From contig JAZAMN010000031.1 in NCBI GenBank assembly GCA_036229005.1, positions 32,001 to 96,000 of the forward strand: a DNA stretch of 64,000 nt, in the 5' to 3' direction. Every line of letters starts with the position of its first letter. The first letter of the stretch is position 1. Of this stretch, positions 49,269 through 58,989 are shown one piece after another. A program made the translations under genes and the position numbers. This DNA comes from Myxococcota bacterium. GTDB taxonomy: Bacteria > Myxococcota_A > UBA796 > CAJQPC01. The notes under the pieces were generated by a model. It was not told the origin of the DNA. It did not search any database and saw only the letters and a list, made by a program, of their open reading frames with translations.

Positions 49269-50363
49269 ATGTCCCTTCAAGCCGGTATCGTCGGTCTGCC
49301 CAACGTGGGCAAGAGCACCCTCTTCAACGCCTTGACCGCGGCGGGGGCGGACAGCGCCAACTACCCCTTCTGCACCATCGAGCCGAACACCGGCGTCGTG
49401 CCCGTCCCGGATCCCCGCCTGGAGCGCATCCACAAGTTCATCCCCACCGACCGCATCCTGCCTGCCGTCGTGGAGATCGTGGACATCGCCGGTCTGGTGC
49501 GCGGCGCCTCCAAGGGCGAGGGTCTGGGCAACCAGTTCCTGGGCCACATCCGCAGCGTGGACGCCATCCTGCACGTCGTGCGCTGCTTTGACGACGGCGA
49601 CATCACCCACGTGGACGGCAGCGTCGACCCCACCCGGGACATCGCCACCATCGACACCGAGCTCATCCTGGCCGACCTGGCCAGCGTCGAGAAGCGCAAG
49701 GAGCGCGTCAGCAAGCTCGCCCGCTCCGGCGACAAGGCTGCCAAGGCCGAGATGGAGCGCTGGGACAAGCTCGTGGCCATCCTGGATGATGGTCAGGCGG
49801 CTCGGTCTGGGGACTGGGATGCGGACGAGCTGGAGTGGCTCACCAAGAGCCAGCTCATCACCGCCAAGCCCGTGCTCTACGTCTGCAACGTCGACGAGGG
49901 CAGCGTGGGCGGCAACAAGTACACCGAGATCGTCAAGGCCCACGCCGAGAGCGAGAACGCCGGCATGGTCATCATCTCCGCGCGCATCGAGTCCGAGATC
50001 TCCGAGATGGAGGACCCCGAGGACCGCGCCGAGTTCCTGAGCGACGTCGGCCTGGAGGAGCCTGGCCTTGCCCTGCTCGCCCGCGAGGCCTACCGCCTGC
50101 TCGGCCTCCGCACCTACTTCACCGCCGGCAAGAAGGAGATCCGCGCCTGGACCATCCACGACGGCGACAAGGCCCCCGCCGCCGCCGGCGTCATCCACGG
50201 CGACTTCGAGCGCGGCTTCATCCGCGCCGAGGTCTACACCGTCGAGGACCTCGAGGCGCACCACAACGAGGCCGCCCTGAAGGCCGCCGGGAAGCTGCGG
50301 GTCGAGGGGAAGGAGTATGTGGTGCAGGATGGGGACATCATGCACTTTAGGTTCAACGTCTGA
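49269..50363 (+). CDS. ychF: Redox-regulated Obg-family ATPase YchF
   Basis: [35 protein letters not shown]-terminal FRFNV. Confidence 0.98.
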   Translation: MSLQAGIVGLPNVGKSTLFNALTAAGADSANYPFCTIEPNTGVVPVPDPRLERIHKFIPTDRILPAVVEIVDIAGLVRGASKGEGLGNQFLGHIRSVDAILHVVRCFDDGDITHVDGSVDPTRDIATIDTELILADLASVEKRKERVSKLARSGDKAAKAEMERWDKLVAILDDGQAARSGDWDADELEWLTKSQLITAKPVLYVCNVDEGSVGGNKYTEIVKAHAESENAGMVIISARIESEISEMEDPEDRAEFLSDVGLEEPGLALLAREAYRLLGLRTYFTAGKKEIRAWTIHDGDKAPAAAGVIHGDFERGFIRAEVYTVEDLEAHHNEAALKAAGKLRVEGKEYVVQDGDIMHFRFNV

Positions 50364-50789
50364 CGCACCTGGAAATTGGGGTTTTTGCCCGTTTTCCGCC
50401 CACCTGGGGCCAACCTGGGTCAGAAATCGGGTTTGGTTTGGGCGGCTGCATGTAGCGCACCTGTCCGCATCGACATGAGAACCACATGCGAACCAAAAAG
50501 GAGGACGAGAACCTCTCCACCCTGCGGGACAGGACCTACGAGACGCGGGCCTCGGGCTTCCTTGCGCTGGAACGAGCGACATGAGAGGCCGGACGGGATC
50601 CGGCGGGTGCGGCAAAGCTGGACCTTCGAGTAGAAGCGAGAGGACCACCGCGTCGCCCGGACGAACGAGCCGCCGAGGTCGTCCGCGAGACTGCTCTCCG
50701 AATCTCTATCCCGGCCACGCGAAAGGAATCGAGTAGTTCAGTTGAGGAGTGAGGCGACTTCTGGCAATCTCGCCCCCCGTGAAGCACCC

Positions 50790-50855
50790 ATGACCATGCA
50801 CGAATTCTTGTCCCTACCAGAGGCCGCCCAGCTCTTCGGGGGGGCTGCGACGTGA
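50790..50855 (+). pseudogene. Truncated excisionase-like (HTH_17) N-terminus, 21 aa
   Basis: MTMHEFLSLPEAAQLFGGAAT*; the stop overlaps the next GTG start. Confidence 0.4.
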
Positions 50856-51601
50856 GCACGGGGCGCAGCTACCTTCAGCGCGATCTGAAGCTCCTCTGGG
50901 GGCTCGCAGCTGCTCGGTGCTCAAAGTGCCGTCGCGAGGTCGTTGCCGAGGCCACAGAAGCCGATGAAGAGGCGGTCCTGGGTGAGATTGCGCACATCGT
51001 CGCTCACGGCGACCAAGGCCCCCGCGCGGACGACTCCGTGTCGGACGACGACCGACGGAAGTATCCGAACCTGATCCTGCTCTGCGGTCATTGCCACACG
51101 CTTGTGGACAAGCAGCCGAACACCTACCAGCCCACCGACCTGCGTAGCTGGAAGAGGTACCACGAAGCCTGGGTGCGTGAGCGCTTGATGGAGGAGATGC
51201 CGGACGTGAACTTCGCCGAGTTGGAGGTGGTCAGCGCCGCGCTGGTAAACAACCCCGGAACAATCACGAGAGAGCTGACGCTGACCGATCCGGCTGAGAA
51301 GATGGAACGGAACGGCCTGACCCAGAGCGTCCTCATGGAGATCCAGATGGGCATGGTCAAGGCCAGGGAGGTCCAGCAGTTTCTCGTCGAGATGGCCAAG
51401 CTCGACGACGAGTTCCCCGAACGGCTGCGCGCCGGGTTCGTAAGGCGTTACCAAGAACACCTCGCCGAGGGCGTCGAAGGCGATGCGCTCTTCGTGGCGC
51501 TCCGGTCGTTCGCAGCGGGGGATGGTAGCTTCCGGAAGCAAGCAGCCGGGCTGGCAGTGTTGGTATACCTCTTCGAGACGTGCGAGGTCTTCGAGCGATG
51601 A
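50852..51601 (+). CDS. Lamassu/ABC-3C effector: HNH endonuclease plus C-terminal domain (LmuA-like)
   Basis: RCSKC, EIAHIVA...GPR, NLILLCGHCHTLVD; C-terminal YLFETCEVFE. Confidence 0.85.
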   Translation: MSTGRSYLQRDLKLLWGLAAARCSKCRREVVAEATEADEEAVLGEIAHIVAHGDQGPRADDSVSDDDRRKYPNLILLCGHCHTLVDKQPNTYQPTDLRSWKRYHEAWVRERLMEEMPDVNFAELEVVSAALVNNPGTITRELTLTDPAEKMERNGLTQSVLMEIQMGMVKAREVQQFLVEMAKLDDEFPERLRAGFVRRYQEHLAEGVEGDALFVALRSFAAGDGSFRKQAAGLAVLVYLFETCEVFER

Positions 51602-51825
51602 TCCTGCCCACCAAACACATCCCAGCAGAGTCCGCGCTTCTTGGTCTCGGCGGTCGGCTCCTGGCGGAGCTTGTACGGCCCAGGACGGTCAGTTCGCTCT
51701 GGGAAGCGGTCAAGGACAGGCCGGAGATCGGTACGTTCCAGAGGTTCACCCTAGCCCTGGACCTGTTGTTCGCCATCGGAGCGGTCAGCTTCCGTGATGG
51801 CCTACTTGTACGGATGGCCGGGTGA
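51598..51825 (+). CDS. ABC-three-component middle component (LmuC-like)
   Basis: MILPTKHI...ALDLLFAIG; 75 aa, overlaps both neighbours. Confidence 0.8.
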   Translation: MILPTKHIPAESALLGLGGRLLAELVRPRTVSSLWEAVKDRPEIGTFQRFTLALDLLFAIGAVSFRDGLLVRMAG

Positions 51826-53558
51826 TCTACCGCATCTCCGCCAACCAGCCCACGTTCCGCGAGGTGGTCCTCCAACCAGGCTTCAACGTCGTGATCGCGG
51901 ACGTCACGAAGCAGTCCTCGAAGAAAGACAGCAGGAACGGCCTCGGTAAGAGCACGCTCATCGAGATCATCCACTTCTGCCTTGGCTCGCAGACCGAGAG
52001 CAAGAAAGGCCTGTTCGTCCCCAAGCTGAATGGGTGGGCGTTCTCGCTCGACTTCGATCTGGGTGAGCGCCGCGTAGAGGTCACCCGCCACGTCAACAAG
52101 CCCAACGAGTTCCGCATCACCGGTGATGTCGCTGGACTCGGAGAGCTCGTGGACGGCGAGGTGAGACTCACGACGAGGGCGTGGCGAGACACCTTGGGCC
52201 GATACATGTTCGGGATTCCCGAGCGCGACGAGGTAGGGAAGTGGTCGCCAACCTTCCGTGGTGCCTTCGCGTACACCGTGAGGCGAGGCAAGGGCGCCTT
52301 CCTCTCCCCGTTCTCCAACTACAAGAGCCAGGCCACGTGGGACAAACAGGTCCACAACGCGTTCCTCTTGGGCCTGGCCTGGGAGGATGCCCAGGCGGTG
52401 CAGCTCCTTCGGGAGAAGGAGAACGCCGTAAAGGCGCTAAAGGCCGCCGCCAAGTCGGGCGTGATCGATGGCTTCCTCGGAGATGTCGGGAAGCTGGAAG
52501 CAGACCGAGTCCAACTCGCGGAGCAGGTGGAGCAGAGTGAAGCTCGGCTGGCATCGTTCCGCGTCCACGAGGACTACCAGCAGATCGAGCGAAAGGCGTC
52601 CGAGCTGACCCAGGAGATCCACGCGCTCAGCAACGCAAACGTGCTCGATACGCGTCGCGCCAGCCAACTACGCGCAGCAGTAGCCGAGGAAACTGGTGAT
52701 TACGGCTCCTCCCAGGTCGTGCGGCTCTACGAGGATGCGGGTGTGCAACTGCCGGGGATGGTGCTCGAGCGCCTCGAAGCGGTGCAGGCATTCCATCAGA
52801 GAGTTGTCGCCAACCGACGAGATTTTCTCCAGGGGCAGCTCTCCGACATCGAGACCGCAGTCGCAGCCAGGACCGATCAGATCAAGCGGCTCACGGAGAA
52901 GCGAGCGGAGCTGCTGCTCATCCTCTCCGAGACCGGAGCCCTCGACGAGTACACGCGCCTCCAGCAGCGCCACCTCACCCTGGCCGCCAGGTTGAAGGAC
53001 ATCGAGGCTGCGGTGGCGAACCTGAAGAAGTTCGAGGTCGGGCAGAGCGAGATTAAGGTCGAGAAGGAGCAGCTTCACCAGCAAGCTCTTCGAGACTATG
53101 AGGAGAGAGCACCGACCCGAGAGCGAGCGATTCGCTTGTTTAACTCCCACTCTCACGCACTCTACGAGGCTCCGGGGAACCTGCTGATCAACGTGAAGGC
53201 GACCGGATTCAGCTTCGACGTGAAGATTGAGCGCGCCGGGAGCGCCGGAGTCACGGCCATGCAGGTCTTCTGCTACGACCTCACCCTCGCAGAGCTCTGG
53301 GCGTGCCGGTGCCCCTCACCTAGCTTCCTCGTCCACGACAGCTTGATCTTCGACGGGGTGGATGAGCGGCAGGTCGGGCGCGCCCTGGGCCGTGCAGCGG
53401 CGGTCTCGGAGAAGGCAGGCTTCCAGTACGTCTGCACCATCAACAGCGACGCGGTGCCCGAGCACGAGCTGCCGGATGACTTCGACCTCAACGACTACGT
53501 GCGATTGCGCCTCACGGACGCCAGCCCAGCCGGGTCGTTGCTCGGCATCAGGTTCTAA
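51822..53558 (+). CDS. SMC-like ABC ATPase, DUF2326 type (LmuB-like)
   Basis: RNGLGKST Walker A, coiled coil, SAG signature, FLVHDSLIFDGVDERQ, ends LLGIRF. Confidence 0.9.
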   Translation: MIYRISANQPTFREVVLQPGFNVVIADVTKQSSKKDSRNGLGKSTLIEIIHFCLGSQTESKKGLFVPKLNGWAFSLDFDLGERRVEVTRHVNKPNEFRITGDVAGLGELVDGEVRLTTRAWRDTLGRYMFGIPERDEVGKWSPTFRGAFAYTVRRGKGAFLSPFSNYKSQATWDKQVHNAFLLGLAWEDAQAVQLLREKENAVKALKAAAKSGVIDGFLGDVGKLEADRVQLAEQVEQSEARLASFRVHEDYQQIERKASELTQEIHALSNANVLDTRRASQLRAAVAEETGDYGSSQVVRLYEDAGVQLPGMVLERLEAVQAFHQRVVANRRDFLQGQLSDIETAVAARTDQIKRLTEKRAELLLILSETGALDEYTRLQQRHLTLAARLKDIEAAVANLKKFEVGQSEIKVEKEQLHQQALRDYEERAPTRERAIRLFNSHSHALYEAPGNLLINVKATGFSFDVKIERAGSAGVTAMQVFCYDLTLAELWACRCPSPSFLVHDSLIFDGVDERQVGRALGRAAAVSEKAGFQYVCTINSDAVPEHELPDDFDLNDYVRLRLTDASPAGSLLGIRF

Positions 53559-53640
53559 CGCTCAAATCCTCCGAGCCCGGGTCGAAGAAACGCAGCGTTG
53601 GCAGGCCAGAGTCCTCGCAGCCCGCCCCCGGACCTCCCCC

Positions 53641-53985
53641 ATGCAGCCCCCCGACACCTTCGCCCAACAATGGGCCGCCGCCTGGAACAGCCACGACCTG
53701 GACCGAATCCTCGCGCACTACCGGCCCGACGTCCGCTTCCGCTCGAACAAGGCCCTCGCGCTTGTCGGTACGGGCGAAGTCGTCGGAAAACAGGCCCTCC
53801 GCGCCTACTGGCAGGCCGCGCTCGACCATCAGCCCGCGCTGCACTTCACCGTGGAGGAGGTGTTCGTCGGCTACCGGACGCTGGTGATCACCTACACAAA
53901 CCACCGGGGAGTACGGGCTGCCGAGACGCTGCTGTTCGATGACCAGGGGCTGGTGGAGAGCGCATCCGCCTGCCACCTCCCCTGA
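53641..53985 (+). CDS. SnoaL-like/NTF2-family protein
   Basis: WAAAWNSHDLDRILAHY..DV.F, GKQALRAYW. Confidence 0.9.
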   Translation: MQPPDTFAQQWAAAWNSHDLDRILAHYRPDVRFRSNKALALVGTGEVVGKQALRAYWQAALDHQPALHFTVEEVFVGYRTLVITYTNHRGVRAAETLLFDDQGLVESASACHLP

Positions 53986-54117
53986 CCCCACCCCACCCCC
54001 CAAAAGCACAATCAGGCAAACCTCCGCCACCCCTCCCCATGTCCACCCAGCAGCCCCAGTCCTACCTTGCCACCACCGCCGCCCCACTCCCGGGTCGGCC
54101 ACTACGGAGGCAAGACC

Positions 54118-54984
54118 ATGCTGCTGCAAGACACCTACACCCTCGCGAACGGCGTCCAGATCCCCAAGCTGGGGCTGGGCACCTGGATGATCTCGGACGA
54201 CGCCGTGGAGGGCGCCGTGAAGGCCGCGGTCGGGATGGGCTACCGACACATCGACACGGCGCAGGCCTACGAGAATGAGGCAGGCGTGGGCCGCGGGATC
54301 CAGGGCTGCGGCGTCCCCCGCGAGCAGCTCTTCATCACCACGAAGCTGGCCGCCGAGATCAAGGACTTCGCCGGCGCCGCCGCCGCGATCGACGCCTCCC
54401 TCCAGGCCCTGGGCGTGGACACCATCGACCTGATGCTCATCCACAGCCCGCAGCCCTGGATGGAGTTCGGCAACCCCGACCGCCACATCGAGGGCAACCG
54501 CGCCGCCTGGCGCGCGATGGAGGCCGCCCTGGAGGCCGGGAAGCTCCGCGCCATCGGGGTGAGCAACTTCACCCAGGCCGACCTGGAGAGCCTGATGGAG
54601 ACCGCCAAGGTCAAGCCCATGGTCCACCAACTCCTCGCACACATCAGCAACACGCCCACCGAGCTCATCGCCTTCTGCGAGGCCCAGGGCATGCTGGTCC
54701 AGGCCTACTCCCCCATCGCCCACGGCGAGCTCTTCAAGAACCAACAGGTCGCCCAGATGGCCGAGCGCTACGGGGTCTCCATCCCCCAGCTCTCCATCCG
54801 CTACTGCCTGGAGCTGGGCCTGCTGCCCCTGCCCAAGACCGCAAACCCCGACCACATGCGCGACAACGCCGCCGTGGACTTTCAGATCTCCGAGCAGGAC
54901 ATGGCCACCCTCAAGGCCCTGCCGCAGATCCAGGACTACGGCGAGGCCAGCATGTTCCCGGTCTATGGTGGAAAGCTCGGGTAG
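54118..54984 (+). CDS. Aldo/keto reductase (DkgA-like)
   Basis: IPKLGLGTW, GYRHIDTAQAYENE, FITTKL, DLMLIH, IGVSNF, LPK. Confidence 0.95.
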   Translation: MLLQDTYTLANGVQIPKLGLGTWMISDDAVEGAVKAAVGMGYRHIDTAQAYENEAGVGRGIQGCGVPREQLFITTKLAAEIKDFAGAAAAIDASLQALGVDTIDLMLIHSPQPWMEFGNPDRHIEGNRAAWRAMEAALEAGKLRAIGVSNFTQADLESLMETAKVKPMVHQLLAHISNTPTELIAFCEAQGMLVQAYSPIAHGELFKNQQVAQMAERYGVSIPQLSIRYCLELGLLPLPKTANPDHMRDNAAVDFQISEQDMATLKALPQIQDYGEASMFPVYGGKLG

Positions 54985-55033
54985 CCCCCCGGCACCCGCC
55001 CCCACCTTCTCCCCATCCTCCCCCTCCTGCATC

Positions 55034-56011
55034 GGCCCACACCCCGGCGCAGGCGAGGTCCCCATGAGCCAGCTCGCCCCCCTCCTGCAGCGCCTCCGCG
55101 CCAAGCACCCCCGCTCCCAATCGGGCGCCGACAGCGGCGTGCCGGGGGTGACGCTGTTCTGGATGGACCAGGAGGCCCCCCGCGCTCCCCTGCTCTACGA
55201 CAGCGGCGTGCTCATCCTGGCCCAGGGCTCCAAGGATGGCTTCCTGGGGGACCGCCACTTCCACTACGACGCCCACACCTGCATGGTCTTCGGCGTACCC
55301 GTGGCCTTCGAGTGCGCGACCCACGCCACCCCCCAGGAGCCCCTGCTGGGCCTGCGTCTGGACGTGGACCCCCGGCGGCTCCACACCCTGGTCGCCCGCC
55401 TGGATCCCGCGCCCCCCGAGCGCCCCGGACTCCACAGCGGCGTCGCGTCCCTGCCCATGGACCAGGCCCTGCTCGACACCACCGAGCGCCTGCTCCGCAC
55501 CCTGGATGACCCCCTGGACCGCGAGATCCTGGGCCCCGCCGCCGCCGACGAGCTGCTCTACCGCGTGCTGCGCTCCCCAGCGGGCCACGTCCTGGCCGCC
55601 CTCACCCGCGAGCACGCCCCCTACGCCCGCATCGCCAGCGCCCTGGAGCACATCCACCGGGACTACGCCGAGCCCGTCGCGGTCGACCAGCTCGCCCAGC
55701 TCTGCGGCATGAGCGTGTCCTCGTTCCACCGGGCGTTCAAACAAGTGACGAGCGACTCCCCGCTCCAGTACGTGAAGAAGCTGCGTCTCCTCAAAGCCAA
55801 GTCTCTCCTCGTCTTTGAACAGGAGCGCGTGGAGCAGGCCGCGTTCGCTGTGGGCTACGCCTCGGCGTCCCAGTTCAGCCGCGAGTTCAAGCGCTACTTC
55901 AAGGTGCCTCCCTCGCAGGCCCAGACCCTCCCCTACGCAGACCCCGCGCCCACCTCCGCACACCCTCCCCCTCTCGCCTAGGCCCACACCCCGGCGCAAG
56001 CGAGGTCACCA
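55034..56011 (+). repeat. 31-bp direct repeat pair (55034-55064 and 55981-56011, 2 mismatches) flanking the AraC gene
   Basis: GGCCCACACCCCGGCGCAGGCGAGGTCCCCA vs GGCCCACACCCCGGCGCAAGCGAGGTCACCA. Confidence 0.9.
55064..55981 (+). CDS. AraC-family transcriptional regulator (YqhC-like)
   Basis: AQGSK, ELLYRVL, MSVSSFHRAFK..T..SPLQY.K, VGYASASQFSREFKRYF. Confidence 0.94.
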   Translation: MSQLAPLLQRLRAKHPRSQSGADSGVPGVTLFWMDQEAPRAPLLYDSGVLILAQGSKDGFLGDRHFHYDAHTCMVFGVPVAFECATHATPQEPLLGLRLDVDPRRLHTLVARLDPAPPERPGLHSGVASLPMDQALLDTTERLLRTLDDPLDREILGPAAADELLYRVLRSPAGHVLAALTREHAPYARIASALEHIHRDYAEPVAVDQLAQLCGMSVSSFHRAFKQVTSDSPLQYVKKLRLLKAKSLLVFEQERVEQAAFAVGYASASQFSREFKRYFKVPPSQAQTLPYADPAPTSAHPPPLA

Positions 56012-56032
56012 CAAGTCAGCCCCCCGCCCGCA

Positions 56033-56557
56033 TCACAGGACCAGAAGCTGCAGGTCCCCGGCCAGCTCGTGGACCTCCGGCCCGGCTTCGGGGCATGCGC
56101 CGTAGACCTGCCTGTCGGCCGTACGCACCAGCGTCCTTCGGGCATGGCCCGTGAGGGTGACGTAGAGCCGCGCCTCTGGAGGAGACCCATCGACCTTGAA
56201 GGGCGCCAGCGCCGCCAGCGCCGCCGACTCCTGGGCCTGGAAGCTCTCGCGCGCAGCGCTGACAGCGGCCTGAGGGACCCTGCGCGCGTCCAGCACGTCG
56301 AACAGCTCAGCGTCCTCAGCCTCCGACACGCCCTCTTCGTCCGCCCAGGGATCGGGCTGCGCAGCGGCGATCGGTACGCCCACCAGCAGCGTGGTGCCCA
56401 GCGCATCATCCAGGGGCGCTCCGTGACGCAGCGCGACCCAGTGATCGCCCAAGGGCCGCAGCCGCTGCTGGAGAGCCTGGAGCCGCTCCAGCGACACAGA
56501 CTCCTCCCACTCCAGCACCCAGCCGAACAACAACAGACCACGGCTCGAATCGTCCAC
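56033..56557 (-). CDS. Hypothetical protein
   Basis: 174 aa ORF after GGAGG; no recognised motif. Confidence 0.5.
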   Translation of the reverse strand: MDDSSRGLLLFGWVLEWEESVSLERLQALQQRLRPLGDHWVALRHGAPLDDALGTTLLVGVPIAAAQPDPWADEEGVSEAEDAELFDVLDARRVPQAAVSAARESFQAQESAALAALAPFKVDGSPPEARLYVTLTGHARRTLVRTADRQVYGACPEAGPEVHELAGDLQLLVL

Positions 56558-56677
56558 CAGACCTCCATGGCGAACGCCCGTGCGCCCGCACGGCCTGCTA
56601 TCCAGCCCGGGGCCCGGCAGGAGCCCGCTGGGCTGCGACAGGATGTGACATCGAGCGCCCGAAGCCTGCGCTCGAGC

Positions 56678-58120
56678 TCAGAGCGACCACACCCCAATCA
56701 TCCCGGAGCCGTAGCCCGACTCCCCGGCGTTGAGATGCAGGGGCGCTCCGATCAGCAGGTCGCTGCCGCCATCGCCGCTGATGTCCCCCAGCCCCAGGAC
56801 CAGCGTGCCGAAGCCTGCGCCGCCCGCAGCGCTGTAGAAGCGCGCGTCCGCATCCCCGCTCTTGTACACCCCGCTGGAGAGCGGGCCGTACCACAGGAAG
56901 GCCTCCCCGCCCCCGTCGACATCGACATAGTTGGGCGCGCCCAGGATCAGGTCCCCGTGTCCGTCGGCGTCCACGTCGCCTGCAGCGTCCGCGCTGTAGC
57001 CCAGGTTGGCCTCGCCGGAGCCGCTGTACTCCAGGAGCACGTCCGCGCTGGAGACCGAGAGGGTGCCGCTCACCTGGCCGACAAAGAGCCCCGCGCCGCC
57101 CTGGCCGTCCGCGCTGTAGGGGGTCCCCACCAGGATGTCCGCGAGCCCGTCGCCGTCCACGTCTCCGGCGCCGACCCCGTTGGCCTTCACCAGGGTCGAG
57201 GTCGGGTCGGCCACGAGCACAGCATCCGAGTCGTCCAGGAGCTGGCTGCCAGCGACCGGACCCATCACGACGTAGACCCGGTCCAGGCTGGTGACGAGCA
57301 GGTCGTCCAGCCCGTCGCCGTTCAGGTCGCCGGCACGATCCACGTCCATGCTGGGGGAGACGGGGCCGGTCAGGATCGCGTCGTGGTCCGAGGGCTCGAG
57401 CGCGCCGGAGGGCTGGTCAAAGAGGAACACCGCCAGCCCCGTCCCGCTGGTCATCACCACCTGCGGCTGGGCCGCCTGCAGCACCGTGACCTCGGAGTAG
57501 AAGTCCCCGGCCGGCTCCGACACCGTCGCGATCGGCTCAGACGACGCGCTCACCGGCCCCTCGAACAGGGTCACCGTGGTGATCCCGCCGTAGCTGGGCG
57601 CCGCGACCACCAGGTCCGCGTGGCCGTTGCCCGTGACGTCCAGTCCTCCCTCCGCATCGAGCCCAAAGTAGCCGTCGCCCGGACCTTCGGGCCGCTCCAA
57701 CCCAAGGTCCGCCGCCTCGGCGGTGTGCTCGCCGCTGAGGCCCTGCTCGAACGCGTACACGGCGCCGGTGGTCGGCGCGTTCAACCAGAAGGTGTTGACC
57801 CCGTACTGGTTCTCTCCGCCGGCAGCCGCGTACCGGCCCACGGTGACCTCCCCTCGGACCCCGCGGATCCGCCCCGGCGCAGCGAGCAGCTCGTAGTCCC
57901 CCGAGAAGCGCTCGAGCGGCTCCGGGGGCGCCCCCGTGTCCTTGACTCCCGTGTCCTCGACTCCGGTGTCCTCGGTGCCGGTGTCGCTTGACCCGGTGTC
58001 CTTGTTGCCGGTGTCCCCGGTGCCGGTGTCGTCCGAGCTCTGCTCGGTGTCCGTCGTGCTCGTGCTGTCGTCTACGCTCTCGCCAATGCAGGCGAGCAGC
58101 AGTGCAATGCTGATGGTCAT
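56678..58120 (-). CDS. FG-GAP/integrin-alpha repeat lipoprotein
   Basis: LLLAC lipobox, DTG linker, AGDLNGDGLDDLLV, AGDVDGDGLADILVG, LGDISGDGGSDLLIGAP. Confidence 0.9.
   Translation of the reverse strand: MTISIALLLACIGESVDDSTSTTDTEQSSDDTGTGDTGNKDTGSSDTGTEDTGVEDTGVKDTGAPPEPLERFSGDYELLAAPGRIRGVRGEVTVGRYAAAGGENQYGVNTFWLNAPTTGAVYAFEQGLSGEHTAEAADLGLERPEGPGDGYFGLDAEGGLDVTGNGHADLVVAAPSYGGITTVTLFEGPVSASSEPIATVSEPAGDFYSEVTVLQAAQPQVVMTSGTGLAVFLFDQPSGALEPSDHDAILTGPVSPSMDVDRAGDLNGDGLDDLLVTSLDRVYVVMGPVAGSQLLDDSDAVLVADPTSTLVKANGVGAGDVDGDGLADILVGTPYSADGQGGAGLFVGQVSGTLSVSSADVLLEYSGSGEANLGYSADAAGDVDADGHGDLILGAPNYVDVDGGGEAFLWYGPLSSGVYKSGDADARFYSAAGGAGFGTLVLGLGDISGDGGSDLLIGAPLHLNAGESGYGSGMIGVWSL
57933..58033 (-). 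repeat. Coding 15-bp-period repeat (DTGxx linker)
   Basis: Repeated CCGGTGTC/CCCGTGTC units encode DTGTG-DTGNK-DTGSS-DTGTE-DTGVE-DTGVK-DTG. Confidence 0.8.
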
Positions 58121-58235
58121 GGTCGCTCCCAAGGCTGGTCATCCATCGGGTCGCCAGGATGGCGCTGGTGGGAGCGCAGGCCCCCCCGTCAAGAAAATGC
58201 CACAGCCCCCCGCGACCCGCCATTGTCTGCGTTGA

Positions 58236-58862
58236 TCACCGGATGACCTCGACGGCGCACCCAGCGTCGAGGAGTGCCTGGCGGTAGGCGGTGGCGAGGT
58301 GTGCCGCCCTCCCGGGGAGCGCCGAGGTCCCCCACACCACAGACAGCGTGCGCAGGGTGCCCGCGTGGGTCTTGGTGCGCTGGCTGTCCTTGACCGCGTT
58401 CCCGCAGGGGCCCAGCGCGTCCATCAGACACAGCAGCCCGCCCACGCGGATCACCTGTCCGCTGGGGTTGAAGATGTACTCGGTGTCCGGGGCTGCCAGG
58501 CCCACCTCCAGCGCTCCTTGGGTGCGGTCCAGATCCACGACGCTGATCGGCAAGCCCGAGGTGAAGCTGGCCGCATTGCACGCATCCACCGCGGCGTTGA
58601 TGGGCCCCAGCTTTCCCGCCGGGATGGCCTTCTGCACGTACTCGCTGGCCGGCTTGTTCCTCCCCGAGGGCTTGAAGCCCCCCGCCCGCAGCAGGTCCCG
58701 CACCGGCCCCTGGGCGTCCCCTTCGAAGCTGGGCCAGGCCCGCTCCAACAACGCCGAGAGGGTGAGCGAGGGGCTGTGAAGCTCGCCGAGCGCGGCGGGG
58801 AACACCGTCACAAATGCGGAGAGCTCGAGCAGAGGGTGCGGCTGGACGGTCAGCGAGGTCAT
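58236..58862 (-). CDS. Stand-alone B3/4 domain protein (PheRS-beta editing-like)
   Basis: VRDLLRAGGFKPSGRNKPASEY, INAAVDACN..S, GLPISVVDLD, KDSQRTK. Confidence 0.88.
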   Translation of the reverse strand: MTSLTVQPHPLLELSAFVTVFPAALGELHSPSLTLSALLERAWPSFEGDAQGPVRDLLRAGGFKPSGRNKPASEYVQKAIPAGKLGPINAAVDACNAASFTSGLPISVVDLDRTQGALEVGLAAPDTEYIFNPSGQVIRVGGLLCLMDALGPCGNAVKDSQRTKTHAGTLRTLSVVWGTSALPGRAAHLATAYRQALLDAGCAVEVIR

Positions 58863-58989
58863 CGGGGCTCCTGTCGGGAGCTTGCCTCACGCGGACCGCA
58901 GCGGCAAAACGGTGAACACCTGTAACCCCACAGTTGACACCCCTCTCGCGCGCCGCTACGCTCACCGAGCACACCAAAGAGGAGGTCCC

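Noticed and set aside
53545..53563. AGGTTCTAACG at the ATPase gene end as an attR copy of the ychF end (AGGTTCAACG)
   Set aside because: Too short, and explained by the coding terminus IRF-stop
54100..54984. In-frame YGGK both just upstream of and at the end of the AKR gene, suggesting a duplication
   Set aside because: The upstream copy is simply the GGAGG ribosome-binding site; likely coincidence
53559..56030. snoaL-AKR-araC as integron cassettes
   Set aside because: No attC-like RYYYAAC...GTTRRRY palindromes seen and no integron integrase
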